Positions 6,507 through 15,261 of a DNA stretch of 20,000 nucleotides are shown piece by piece; the stretch's first letter is position 1, and every line of letters starts with the position of its first letter. A model generated the notes under the pieces. The model saw only the letters and a list, made by a program, of their open reading frames with translations. It searched no databases and was not told where the DNA came from. The position numbers were made by a program, and so were the translations under genes. Source of the DNA: Armatimonadota bacterium. GTDB taxonomy: Bacteria > Armatimonadota > Fimbriimonadia > Fimbriimonadales > Fimbriimonadaceae. The stretch is from contig JANNQV010000022.1 in assembly GCA_031400935.1 (NCBI GenBank), positions 44,118-64,117 on the forward strand, in the 5' to 3' direction.

Positions 6507-7946
6507 ATGGCACTACGAACTGATCGGGAAAAGACCGCCCACCTGCTTCGGAGGTTTGGACTTGGCGCAAGCGAAGTTGAATTGGATTACTACGTCAAGG
6601 ATGGCTACTCCGGAGCCGTAAACACGCTTTTGGCATGTGAAGGCATCGAGAACCCTGGAGTACCACTTGAAAAGTTGATGCGGAAAGACAACAACAACAT
6701 TCCAATGCCTTTGCTTCAAATTTGGTGGTTCATTCGAATCGCATCATCTCGGCAGCCATTGGTCGAAAAAATGTCGCTTTTTTGGCATGACCACTTTGCA
6801 ACAAGCGCGCAGAAAGTAACTGGTTCGATGCTGATGTACAGCCAAGTGGACATCCTGCGAAGTCAAGCGATTGGCAATTTCCGAACTCTTCTTACAGATG
6901 TTTCAAAAGACCCTGCAATGCTTTTTTGGCTCGACAACCAATACAACGTGAAGGGAAAGCCGAACGAGAATTTTGCACGAGAAATCATGGAGCTTTTCAC
7001 GCTTGGAGTTGGAAATTACGGCGAAAAGGACGTTCAAGAGGTTGCTCGGGCGTTTACAGGATGGACAATTCAGCGTCGGGGTAGACAGGTCCAGCAACCA
7101 ACTGGCAAATTGCCCGCAAATGTAACATTTACTTTTTTGCCAAACCAGCATGATAATGGCGTCAAGGAAATTTTGGGTAACAAGGGCGCGTTCAACGGCG
7201 ATGATGTCATCGGCATTCTTTGTGGCAACCCTCGAACGAGCTTGTACCTTACGGAAAAAATTTGGAACTGGTTTGTTTATCCCGATCCAGATTCAAAGAT
7301 TATCGAGAAACATGCCAAAGCTTTTCGAGATGCCGGACTCGATATCAAGGCTCTGCTTCGCTCAATCATGTTAGACCCGGAATTTGTTTCCGACAAGGCA
7401 GAAAGGGCAATCTACAAGAACCCGGTTGATTTTTGCGTTTCCACAATTCGACAGCTTGGTGTCGGCGAGGAATTTGTGAAAGCGATGGGAGGAGAAGGCG
7501 AGGAATACAACCGCCAAAAGACGATCCCCGCTGTCGCTGCCCAACAAGCGATGAAATCCATGGGAATGGATTTGCTTTTTCCGCCTGATGTTGCCGGATG
7601 GGACGGAGGGAAAGCCTGGATCACAACTTCCACAATGGTCGAAAGAATTCAGTGGGCGGACCGCATTTTCCCATTGACGTTTGGTGACCAAACGGGCCAA
7701 GTTCGCTCTCGAAAGGCAGTCTTTCGCTACCCTGCATTTTCACTCATTGCTAGCAATCCGACACCAGAAAATCTGGTAGATCAATTGGTTTCGGTGTTTG
7801 ACGCACCAATTCCAGATTCCGTAAAACCGAATTTGCTAGCGGCTGCAAAGAAATCTGGAGCAATACTCAATCAGCAAACTGCAAATGCCGCAGCCAATTC
7901 GGTTTGCCGACTTATATTTGGCTATCCGGCGTTCCAGTTTTCGTAG
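6507..7946 (+). CDS. DUF1800 family protein
   Basis: AHLLRRFGLG, EKMSLFWHDHFATS, DPAMLFWLDN, PNENFAREIMELFTLG, ARAFTGW and PPDVAGW motifs. Confidence 0.93.
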   Translation: MALRTDREKTAHLLRRFGLGASEVELDYYVKDGYSGAVNTLLACEGIENPGVPLEKLMRKDNNNIPMPLLQIWWFIRIASSRQPLVEKMSLFWHDHFATSAQKVTGSMLMYSQVDILRSQAIGNFRTLLTDVSKDPAMLFWLDNQYNVKGKPNENFAREIMELFTLGVGNYGEKDVQEVARAFTGWTIQRRGRQVQQPTGKLPANVTFTFLPNQHDNGVKEILGNKGAFNGDDVIGILCGNPRTSLYLTEKIWNWFVYPDPDSKIIEKHAKAFRDAGLDIKALLRSIMLDPEFVSDKAERAIYKNPVDFCVSTIRQLGVGEEFVKAMGGEGEEYNRQKTIPAVAAQQAMKSMGMDLLFPPDVAGWDGGKAWITTSTMVERIQWADRIFPLTFGDQTGQVRSRKAVFRYPAFSLIASNPTPENLVDQLVSVFDAPIPDSVKPNLLAAAKKSGAILNQQTANAAANSVCRLIFGYPAFQFS

Positions 7947-7953
7947 GAAGTGA

Positions 7954-8073
7954 TGTGACTTGCCCGTCCCGGGCAAGTGTGTCTCGACCGTCCCGGTCGA
8001 GCGGTTCCGGCTTCACTCTCAGACCCATTGGCGGGACGCCAATGTCACACTCGTCCGGGACGGACGAGTCACA
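7954..8073. repeat. REP/REPIN-like four-hairpin element, copy 1 (120 bp)
   Basis: Terminal IR TGTGACT...AGTCACA. Hairpins ACTTGCCCG-TCC-CGGGCAAGT, CTCGACCG-TCC-CGGTCGAG, CATTGGCG-GGA-CGCCAATG, ACTCGTCCG-GGA-CGGACGAGT. Second copy at 14443-14561. Confidence 0.85.
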
Positions 8074-8100
8074 TAAATGCTCGCCCGGTACAATCTAAGG

Positions 8101-9255
8101 GTGAGCCAACCCCTTACGCCTCTGGTCGGCCTCACGGCCGCCGAAATCTCGCAAATGCTCGCTGCGCGCGAAGATTCATCTTTTCGCGGCAAGCAGATCG
8201 CCAAATGGATGTACCAAAAGGCCGCCGGAGATTTTTCCGTTATGAACGATGTGCCGCAAGCACTGCGAAAGGAGCTTGCCGAAACCTATTGCGTTGATTC
8301 GCTTGAAGTTTCGAGACACTTGGTTTCAACAGATGGCGTTGAAAAGCTTCTCGTTCATTCCGGCGACGATCAGGCCTTCGAGTGCGTCATGCTTCCGTAC
8401 GAAGATCGCGTGTCATGCTGCCTCAGCTCGCAAGTCGGCTGCATTATGGGTTGCGCATTCTGCGCGACCGGGCTTGGAGGCTTTGACCGAAACCTGACCG
8501 CTGGCGAGATCGTTGCCCAATATTTGTTGCTGCAAAGGATGCGAAGAAGCCAACTTGAAGCGCGCGGTGAGGAACGCGAAACTCAAAAGAAAACAGGATT
8601 CCACCAGGCAAAAGAAGCGAGCCGCGAACGAATTTCGCACGTCGTGTTTATGGGAATGGGCGAACCGCTGCTGAATTTCAAAAATTTGCTGAAAGCGATG
8701 CGAATTCTTCATGACGAAGTTGGACTCAGCTATCGCCACATTACTGTTTCGACTGTTGGAATCGTGCCTCAAATTCGTGAGCTGGCCGCCGAAGGTCTTC
8801 CGATTCACTTAGCATTGAGCTTGCATTCGCCATTTGATTCGATCCGGGATCAACTGATGCCAGTAAATAAGAAATGGAAAGTTTCGGAAGTCATGGGAGC
8901 GATGCGCGATTACATGGGCGCAACCGGACGTAAGATAACTATCGAGTATTTGCTTATTGAAAACCTTACAGACACCCAAGATCAGGCTGTTGAGCTGGCT
9001 CGATTGGTCAAGGGCGTTCCGCATGTCGTCAATGTGATCCCGTTTAACTATGTTTCAACAAAAGAGGGTTTTCAAAGACCGACAAGGGAGAGAGTCAAAG
9101 CTTTCAAGCGAGTGCTAAAGGAACGAGGAGCAAACGTTACGGAGCGCCAAGAACGCGGACACGACATTGCCGCAGCTTGCGGTCAGTTGGCCGGGCAGCA
9201 TAAGGGCGTTTTCGCCGGGAGGGCGCGATCTTCCGAATTGCCTGTTGTCTCGTGA
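8101..9255 (+). CDS. rlmN: Dual-specificity RNA methyltransferase RlmN (23S rRNA m2A2503)
   Basis: Radical SAM CIMGCAFC, SSQVGC, VVFMGMGEPLLN, ITVSTVG, LALSLH and RGHDIAAACGQL. GTG8101 (6 nt after TACAAT) preferred over ATG8077. Confidence 0.95.
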   Translation: MSQPLTPLVGLTAAEISQMLAAREDSSFRGKQIAKWMYQKAAGDFSVMNDVPQALRKELAETYCVDSLEVSRHLVSTDGVEKLLVHSGDDQAFECVMLPYEDRVSCCLSSQVGCIMGCAFCATGLGGFDRNLTAGEIVAQYLLLQRMRRSQLEARGEERETQKKTGFHQAKEASRERISHVVFMGMGEPLLNFKNLLKAMRILHDEVGLSYRHITVSTVGIVPQIRELAAEGLPIHLALSLHSPFDSIRDQLMPVNKKWKVSEVMGAMRDYMGATGRKITIEYLLIENLTDTQDQAVELARLVKGVPHVVNVIPFNYVSTKEGFQRPTRERVKAFKRVLKERGANVTERQERGHDIAAACGQLAGQHKGVFAGRARSSELPVVS

Positions 9256-9782
9256 TTTCTGTTGTTTTGGCATCTTGCGCTCCGGGGACGAGCAAGAGAT
9301 TGAGTGAGATAACTGGCACGGAAACAAAGAAAACTGTACTTGAATCCGCTCAGACTTCAAGTGGAGAATTGACATCTTACGGAGATCGAGTGCCCCGAAG
9401 GGCGCTTTGGTCCATCCGATGGAAGACCGCCGAACTTGTTTACAGCCAAGATGGAAAAGCTGGGGGTTCGATGACGGATGTTGAGGGCGACTTGTTTGCA
9501 AACGGGAAAAAAGCAAGCCGTTTTCGTGCACAAAGAGGTTTAGCGTCTGTAAAAAATAGAAATCTAAACCTTTCAGGCGGGGTCACTATTGAGACATCTG
9601 ATCCACCGGGAACTTTAAATTGCGAATCGGTTGTGTGGAATCCAGACACCGAAACGATAGAAGCGCACGGTAAAGTTTACGTAACGATGGAAACAATTCA
9701 ATTTGGCCCATTTGATAAATTAGTCGTTTCCCCAGATTTGAAAGAGATTTCCACCCCCGGACTAGCATCGCCAAAAAAATGA
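9252..9782 (+). CDS. lptC: LptC-like LPS export periplasmic protein (beta-jellyroll)
   Basis: WSIRWKTAEL, NLNLSGGVTI, TLNCESVVWNPDTETIEAHGKV beta-jellyroll pattern; upstream of lptB; LASC lipobox-like N-terminus. Confidence 0.7.
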   Translation: MISVVLASCAPGTSKRLSEITGTETKKTVLESAQTSSGELTSYGDRVPRRALWSIRWKTAELVYSQDGKAGGSMTDVEGDLFANGKKASRFRAQRGLASVKNRNLNLSGGVTIETSDPPGTLNCESVVWNPDTETIEAHGKVYVTMETIQFGPFDKLVVSPDLKEISTPGLASPKK

Positions 9783-10624
9783 ATTTCCGCTTTCTTCCAT
9801 GGATTGGACTTGTGATACTTGCTTCTGCAATCGCGTTTGCACAGCAGGCGCAAAGGTCTAACAACGAGTTCTACTTTTTTGATGAGTTTAAGGCAAAGCT
9901 TTTGGCTGGTGGCAAAATTCAGCTATCGGTTGTAGGTAAGCCCATCAAGGCTGATCTCAAATCTCAGGCTTTGAAGCTAGAAGCCCTCTTGTTTGAAGGC
10001 GTCATGGTTCGGACAAAGGGACAATCCTTGGCCATAAACGCCGCAACGATTTCTGGAAACGTGAATCTTACGATAAGCCGGCCGTCCTCGTCAAAAATTG
10101 CTGGATCGAATCAGACGGTCGAGATTCAATCCGCAAAAATCAGCTATGTCGGTGCGACAAATACTGTGGCTTCGCAGGGTGCTGTATCTATCGAAAGAAA
10201 CGACGTTTCAGCTTCAGAAACTATGAGTCTTTCGGCAGGATCGGGTGAGGCCCGCCTGTTTGAGCCTGGAATTTCGTCGGCGCGAAGCCCATTTAGCAGC
10301 TTGCACCTTGATGGAGGGGTCAAAGGGATTTTGACGGGTGTTGCAATTGAAGAAGGAAAACCGGTTCTAGATTCAAGTCAGAAGCCAAAAAAGACCATCG
10401 TCAACTTGACTTGCACGACGCTTCGATACGATGACCATGCTGGGAAAATGACGTTATCCGGAAATGTGAAACTTTGGGGCGACCATCCGATGCTCTTTGG
10501 CAACATAGATGCCAAGCAGGTCGTCCTGATCTTTAGCGAATTAGGCGAAATTGATGAAATTATCGTGACAGGCGAACCCGCCAGCACAACCATAACTAGA
10601 AAACCACCGCCAGCAAGGAAGTAG
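9779..10624 (+). CDS. Secreted LptA/OstA-like beta-jellyroll protein
   Basis: Signal peptide (AFA-QQ); repeated ISGNVNL, SQGAVSI, LDGGVKG and YDDHAGKMTLSGNVKL motifs; lies between lptC and lptB. Confidence 0.6.
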   Translation: MNFRFLPWIGLVILASAIAFAQQAQRSNNEFYFFDEFKAKLLAGGKIQLSVVGKPIKADLKSQALKLEALLFEGVMVRTKGQSLAINAATISGNVNLTISRPSSSKIAGSNQTVEIQSAKISYVGATNTVASQGAVSIERNDVSASETMSLSAGSGEARLFEPGISSARSPFSSLHLDGGVKGILTGVAIEEGKPVLDSSQKPKKTIVNLTCTTLRYDDHAGKMTLSGNVKLWGDHPMLFGNIDAKQVVLIFSELGEIDEIIVTGEPASTTITRKPPPARK

Positions 10625-10637
10625 GCGGACTCTTTTC

Positions 10638-11408
10638 ATGAGGATTACAACCAAAAATCTCGTCAAGCAATACAAAGGCCGTCGCGTTGTCAACGACGTT
10701 TCATTCGAGTTCTCTCAAGGCGAAGTCGTTGGACTTCTAGGGCCAAATGGAGCTGGAAAAACGACGACTTTTTACATGATTACTGGGCTCGTGCGCCCCA
10801 ATCAAGGTCGAGTGTTTTTTGACGACCTTGATGTGACAAAGTTGCCGATGTACCGTCGCGCGAGAGCGGGCATCGGATATTTGCCCCAAGAAACTAGCGT
10901 CTTTCGGCGATTGACTGTTGAAGACAATTTGCGATTGGTCTTGGAATTAGTGGGCTTGCCCAAATCTGAACACAATGCTCGCGTCAAAGAGTTAGCAGGC
11001 GAACTGCACATCACACATTTGCTCGAAAGCACGGCAAACGTCCTTTCGGGAGGTGAAAAGCGCAGAGTCGAAATCGCCAGAGCATTAGCTTCTCAACCGA
11101 AATTCATTTTGCTTGACGAACCGTTCACAGGAATTGATCCGGTCACAATCGAGGAAATTCAGAGCATCATTCACAAATTGCGAAGCCAGGGAATTGGAAT
11201 TCTCATTACCGACCACAATGTCGGCGCGACGCTGAAAATTACGGACAGAAACTACATTCTCATTGACGGCAAGATCATCAAAGAGGGCACAGCTTCTGAA
11301 ATCGCCGCCGACGAACTCGTTCGCAAACATTATCTTGGCGAGCAGTTCGATGCTGGAACCTCTGAAGGCAGCAAGAAAACAGAAAAACCGACGGACGAGG
11401 CGGAATGA
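10638..11408 (+). CDS. lptB: LPS export ABC transporter ATP-binding protein
   Basis: GPNGAGKTTTFYMITGL, GIGYLPQETSVFRRLTV, LSGGEKRRVEIARAL, LLDEPFTGIDP and LITDHNV. Confidence 0.96.
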   Translation: MRITTKNLVKQYKGRRVVNDVSFEFSQGEVVGLLGPNGAGKTTTFYMITGLVRPNQGRVFFDDLDVTKLPMYRRARAGIGYLPQETSVFRRLTVEDNLRLVLELVGLPKSEHNARVKELAGELHITHLLESTANVLSGGEKRRVEIARALASQPKFILLDEPFTGIDPVTIEEIQSIIHKLRSQGIGILITDHNVGATLKITDRNYILIDGKIIKEGTASEIAADELVRKHYLGEQFDAGTSEGSKKTEKPTDEAE

Positions 11409-12517
11409 AGCGACTCGACAGACTTGTGATTCGAGAACTGCTCGGCCCATTTGGCATGGGTTTAGGGCTCTTTGGAACGCTTATGTTCGCCTCGGCGATG
11501 CTAAATCGAGTGACGGAATGGATTGTTCAAGGCATAGCTCCCGGGCGCGTATTGGAAATGAGCCTTCTGCTTTCTCCTGCGATTTTTGTACGTTCGGGAG
11601 CCATGTCATGTCTGCTTGCGGCTTTGCTTGCGTTTGGCCGGTTAAGTAACGACAGCGAAATCGTGGCGATTCGTGCCGCTGGAGCAAGTTTGTACCGAAT
11701 CATGTGGGGAGTTTTGATTTTCTCCGTCATCGCCGGTACGGCGATGTTCACGATCAACGAAACCTTTGTTCCGTGGGCCTCCGACAGGGCAAATGCGCTC
11801 TCTCAAGAAGTGCGAAAGCAGATGGACGCTGCAGCAACGGGAAGAAACATCAATCGTTCAATAAAGATGCAAGACGGCTCGATTGCAATGCTTTCTGCGG
11901 TTGATTTCAGTCTTGTAACGCAAACGCTTCGAAAGGCTAGTCTTGTGATCTATTCTAGCAAACTAGAACCCATTTGGTGGATTCAGGCTGATGAAATGCA
12001 GTATTTCAACGAAAAGGATTGGCGACTTTCAGGGAATGCATGGCTCATTTCTGCTGATGGCGAAAGTGTGATCAAAATTCACGATGGTGCGTGGCCGAGC
12101 CAAGTGGACGAACTCTCTCTAAAGCCTCGCAATTTACTTGCCGGATTCGTGAGCGATTTGGACGTTTTCAGCATGAGGCAGATTAAGGAAGAGATTGACG
12201 TTATGAAGGCTGAACCGAACCCGAATTACAAGCAGCTTGCAAACCTCGAATTCGGATATTGGAACAAGCTGGCGCTTCCTCTTAGCACGATCATATTTGC
12301 ACTTTTGGGCGCACCCCTTGGCATTCGAAACCAGCGAACGGGGATGGGCGCGGGCTTTGCCTTGAGCATTGTTGTCACGTTCGGCTACATCATGCTGGCG
12401 AACTGGATGGCAGTTTATGCAAAAGGCGGTGCAATCCCGCCGTTCGTTGCCAGCTTTACACCCGTCGTTATAGGTGGGATCGCTGCATTTATCGCGATGT
12501 GGCGCAAGAATAACTGA
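11405..12517 (+). CDS. LptF/LptG family permease (single gene)
   Basis: LDRLVIRELLGPF, RLSNDSEIVAIRAAGASLYR and KLALPLSTIIFALLGAPLG; 3+3 TM helices around a periplasmic domain. Confidence 0.93.
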   Translation: MKRLDRLVIRELLGPFGMGLGLFGTLMFASAMLNRVTEWIVQGIAPGRVLEMSLLLSPAIFVRSGAMSCLLAALLAFGRLSNDSEIVAIRAAGASLYRIMWGVLIFSVIAGTAMFTINETFVPWASDRANALSQEVRKQMDAAATGRNINRSIKMQDGSIAMLSAVDFSLVTQTLRKASLVIYSSKLEPIWWIQADEMQYFNEKDWRLSGNAWLISADGESVIKIHDGAWPSQVDELSLKPRNLLAGFVSDLDVFSMRQIKEEIDVMKAEPNPNYKQLANLEFGYWNKLALPLSTIIFALLGAPLGIRNQRTGMGAGFALSIVVTFGYIMLANWMAVYAKGGAIPPFVASFTPVVIGGIAAFIAMWRKNN

Positions 12518-12520
12518 CCT

Positions 12521-14011
12521 ATGGGCCTTACGAGTATCGGTTTTTTGATTTTAATGGTGCTGATGGGCGGCATCGTCGCGCTCCTTGCCGATAACCTGGG
12601 ACGAAAGATTGGCAAGAAACGGCTAAAGATTCATCATCGGATTCGGCCGCGTCACACTGCAACATTGTTTGTAGTTGGGTCTGGGCTACTGATTCCACTT
12701 TTAACGGTTTTTACAGTTGCTGGACTTAGCAGTGATGTGCGAACTTGGCTTACGCAGGGCGAACAGGCGATACAAGATGTAAAGAGTTTGAGCAGCCAGA
12801 AAGCGACTTTAAACAAGCAGATTTCTGATACTCAAGCCAATCTCACTCTGGCAAATCAGAAACTGGTCGGTGTAAATGGCGAACTAGCTAAGCGGGAAGG
12901 CGAATTGCGAATTAGTTCTCAGCAGCTTCAAGATTCAAAGGTTCGGTTCGCACAGGCAAATGCAAAGTACCTCGGTGCTCAATCCAAGTTTATTGCAGCA
13001 GGCCGAAAGCTAATTGAAAGCACCAAGAATCTGAAATTGACCGATGATCAACGCAAGCAGATTCTTTCGTCATTTAAGGAAATAAGCAAGCAACGACAAG
13101 ACCTATTTGAATATCAACGCAAGCTGAACATTGAAATTGAGAATCTGGAAAAATCAATTCGATCTCTGAACGGAGAAAAATTGAAGCTTGAGACAGATCG
13201 AATCGAGCTAGAGGGACAAATCACAAACCTTAAGAAGCAATATGTAGCTGATCTAGCAATTGCAGAAGGCGAAAAGCTCAGAATTCAGAAAGAGCTTGAC
13301 GAGGCTGAAGCAGAGTTGAAGCGTGTTCGGGGGTCCAGTAGTTTCTTCGAAGCGATCAATGACCAAACCCGACAAAAGCCCATCATTTACGGAATGGGAT
13401 TTGAAGTCGCCAGATTAGTTGCACCTGCCAATTCCACCACATTGCAAGCAAGAAATATGCTCAACAGCCTTCTCCGAACGTCAAGGGTTGTTGCAGAATC
13501 TCGGGGTGCCAAGGGCCAAGGACGGGTTCCTGCGGCATCAATATGGGATCAGGAAATTGGTGGACGAAACGTAACAGCGGAAGAGCAAATGAGCGCGATT
13601 GTTGCAAAAATTGCTGGCGTACCCGAATCTCGAATATTGGTCGCCACCGCTTTTTGGAATGCATATTTTGGTGAGCCCGTGCCCCTGAACATCACCGCAT
13701 ATCCAAATAAACTTTGCTTTGCGAAAGGTGCAGTAATCGGCGAAGTGAGGATCAGCGGAGATGCCGAGGCGGGCGAAGTTATACGGCTGCTAAGCAATTG
13801 GCTTGCTGGAAACATTCGAGAAGTTGCATTGAAAGCGGGCATGATTCCAATTGTCGGGCAAGACGGTGCACTTGCCGAAATAGCCCCCGCACAAGTTTTT
13901 GAAATCGTAGCTCAAATTCGCTCTGCAAGCCGAACCGCTAGAATTCAAGCGGTTGCTGCCGAGGATATTTATGCATCAGAACCGCTCAAAGTGGAGTTTA
14001 GAATTCGGTAA
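12521..14011 (+). CDS. DUF3084 family membrane-anchored coiled-coil protein
   Basis: GGIVALLADNLGRKIGKKRL...IRPRHTA N-terminal signature, two TM helices, long coiled coil and a C-terminal globular domain. Confidence 0.88.
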   Translation: MGLTSIGFLILMVLMGGIVALLADNLGRKIGKKRLKIHHRIRPRHTATLFVVGSGLLIPLLTVFTVAGLSSDVRTWLTQGEQAIQDVKSLSSQKATLNKQISDTQANLTLANQKLVGVNGELAKREGELRISSQQLQDSKVRFAQANAKYLGAQSKFIAAGRKLIESTKNLKLTDDQRKQILSSFKEISKQRQDLFEYQRKLNIEIENLEKSIRSLNGEKLKLETDRIELEGQITNLKKQYVADLAIAEGEKLRIQKELDEAEAELKRVRGSSSFFEAINDQTRQKPIIYGMGFEVARLVAPANSTTLQARNMLNSLLRTSRVVAESRGAKGQGRVPAASIWDQEIGGRNVTAEEQMSAIVAKIAGVPESRILVATAFWNAYFGEPVPLNITAYPNKLCFAKGAVIGEVRISGDAEAGEVIRLLSNWLAGNIREVALKAGMIPIVGQDGALAEIAPAQVFEIVAQIRSASRTARIQAVAAEDIYASEPLKVEFRIR

Positions 14012-14013
14012 AC

Positions 14014-14421
14014 ATGAAAAAGACCGTCCTAGCCATTGATCCTGGAAGCTCAAAATGCGGTCTTGCGCTTGTCGAGCGCGAGAACGATGAACTAAGTGTT
14101 CTATGGCGTCAAATCACACCCGTTGATCAGTTGGTCGAGGGATTAGAGAGCGCAATGGAATGCGCAACCTATTCAATGGTTATCGTCGGCTCAGGTACAA
14201 AATCGCAAACTACAGTTGCCCGAATTCGGGAAAGGTATCCAAGCATCGGCATCCTTGTTGTTGACGAAAGGGACACAACGCTTCAAGCCAGAGAGAGATA
14301 TTGGGAAACTCACAAGCGCAAAGGCTGGAGGCGATTACTCCCTTCAACATTGCAACTTCCCCCCGAGCCGGTGGACGACTTCGTCGCCTTGATTCTAGCG
14401 GAGAGAGTATTGCTGCCTTAG
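14014..14421 (+). CDS. YqgF/RuvX-like RNase H-fold nuclease
   Basis: LAIDPGSSKCGLA, VDERDTTLQARERYW and PVDDFVALILAER motifs. Confidence 0.82.
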   Translation: MKKTVLAIDPGSSKCGLALVERENDELSVLWRQITPVDQLVEGLESAMECATYSMVIVGSGTKSQTTVARIRERYPSIGILVVDERDTTLQARERYWETHKRKGWRRLLPSTLQLPPEPVDDFVALILAERVLLP

Positions 14422-14442
14422 GAATTCGTTGTGGCAAGACGG

Positions 14443-14561
14443 TGTGGCTTGCCCGTCTCGTGCAAGTGTGCTTCGACCATCCCGGTCGAATTACGTTAGA
14501 TTAGGTAGCGCGAGATGGGCGGGACGCCCATTCCACTCTCGTCCGGGACGGACGAGCCACA
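14443..14561. repeat. REP/REPIN-like four-hairpin element, copy 2 (119 bp)
   Basis: Terminal IR TGTGGCT...AGCCACA; the same four hairpins as 7954-8073 with compensatory changes; unrelated central spacer. Confidence 0.85.
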
Positions 14562-14597
14562 GGATTTTTTGCTATCGTAGACTGGTAGACTCCCGAA

Positions 14598-15260
14598 ATG
14601 GCCACGACCATTCGTGTCGTCGTCGCCGACGACGAAGCCCCTTACCGGAGTGCAATTCAGCGAACCCTCCAGCTCATGCCCGAGGTGGAGCTTCTTGGCG
14701 TTTGCAAAGATGGGCAAGAAGCACTCGATCTTTGCTTATCTGATCCGCCAGACGTTCTGCTTACAGACGTGAATATGCCGCGCATGACGGGCATTGAGCT
14801 CATGAGAAGGCTTTTGCGTCAAGAAAAAGAAGTTCAGGTCGTCGTACTTACAATTCAAGAAGACGAAGATACTATTTTTGATGCTTTTCGAGCAGGTGCT
14901 ATTGGATATTTGCTAAAAACCTCAACTCCAGCCGAAATCGTTGAAGCCATTCGTCTTGCACAGCGAGGCGAAGCAAAAGTGACGCCAAAAATTGCTGCAA
15001 AGCTGATTCAAGATTTCCGGCGTACATCGGAAGATGACGACATTGAAGACGGAGAGCTTTTCGTTCTTAGCGACAGAGAATCTGAAATCTTAGATTTGAT
15101 TGCAAAAGGACTCCGAAACAAAGAAATTGCTTCGCAGCTTGGCATCGCAGAAAAGACCGTCAAAAACCATGTTAGCAATATCCTCAAAGCTTTGCAGGTC
15201 AATAGCCGAACCGAAGCAGCCATGAAAGCGGTGAAGGCAAAGCTGGTTGACAGGTCATAA
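14598..15260 (+). CDS. NarL/LuxR-family response regulator (no adjacent kinase)
   Basis: VADDE, DVLLTDVNMP (phosphoacceptor Asp), GYLLK and LSDRESEILDLIAKGLRNKEIA...TVKNHVSNILKAL. Confidence 0.95.
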   Translation: MATTIRVVVADDEAPYRSAIQRTLQLMPEVELLGVCKDGQEALDLCLSDPPDVLLTDVNMPRMTGIELMRRLLRQEKEVQVVVLTIQEDEDTIFDAFRAGAIGYLLKTSTPAEIVEAIRLAQRGEAKVTPKIAAKLIQDFRRTSEDDDIEDGELFVLSDRESEILDLIAKGLRNKEIASQLGIAEKTVKNHVSNILKALQVNSRTEAAMKAVKAKLVDRS

Positions 15261-15261
15261 A

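Noticed and set aside
6361..6570. Minus-strand 69-aa ORF with hydrophobic WLLVIGY repeats
   Set aside because: Artefact of translating the heptamer array; overlaps the DUF1800 start antisense.
7954..8073. CRISPR array or tRNA interpretation of the hairpin element
   Set aside because: No tandem identical repeats with spacers, no cas genes, and no tRNA D/T-loop motifs.
8101..9255. Cfr resistance methyltransferase
   Set aside because: Sequence features and housekeeping operon context fit RlmN; no mobile context. A phylogeny would be decisive.
14014..14421. Defence nuclease or transposase
   Set aside because: Motifs and operon position fit a housekeeping YqgF-like protein; no IS ends or defence context.
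14429..14743. 104-aa ORF, and the similar ORFs 7904-8098 and 7977-8297
   Set aside because: Translations of the repeat elements that overlap real genes in other frames.
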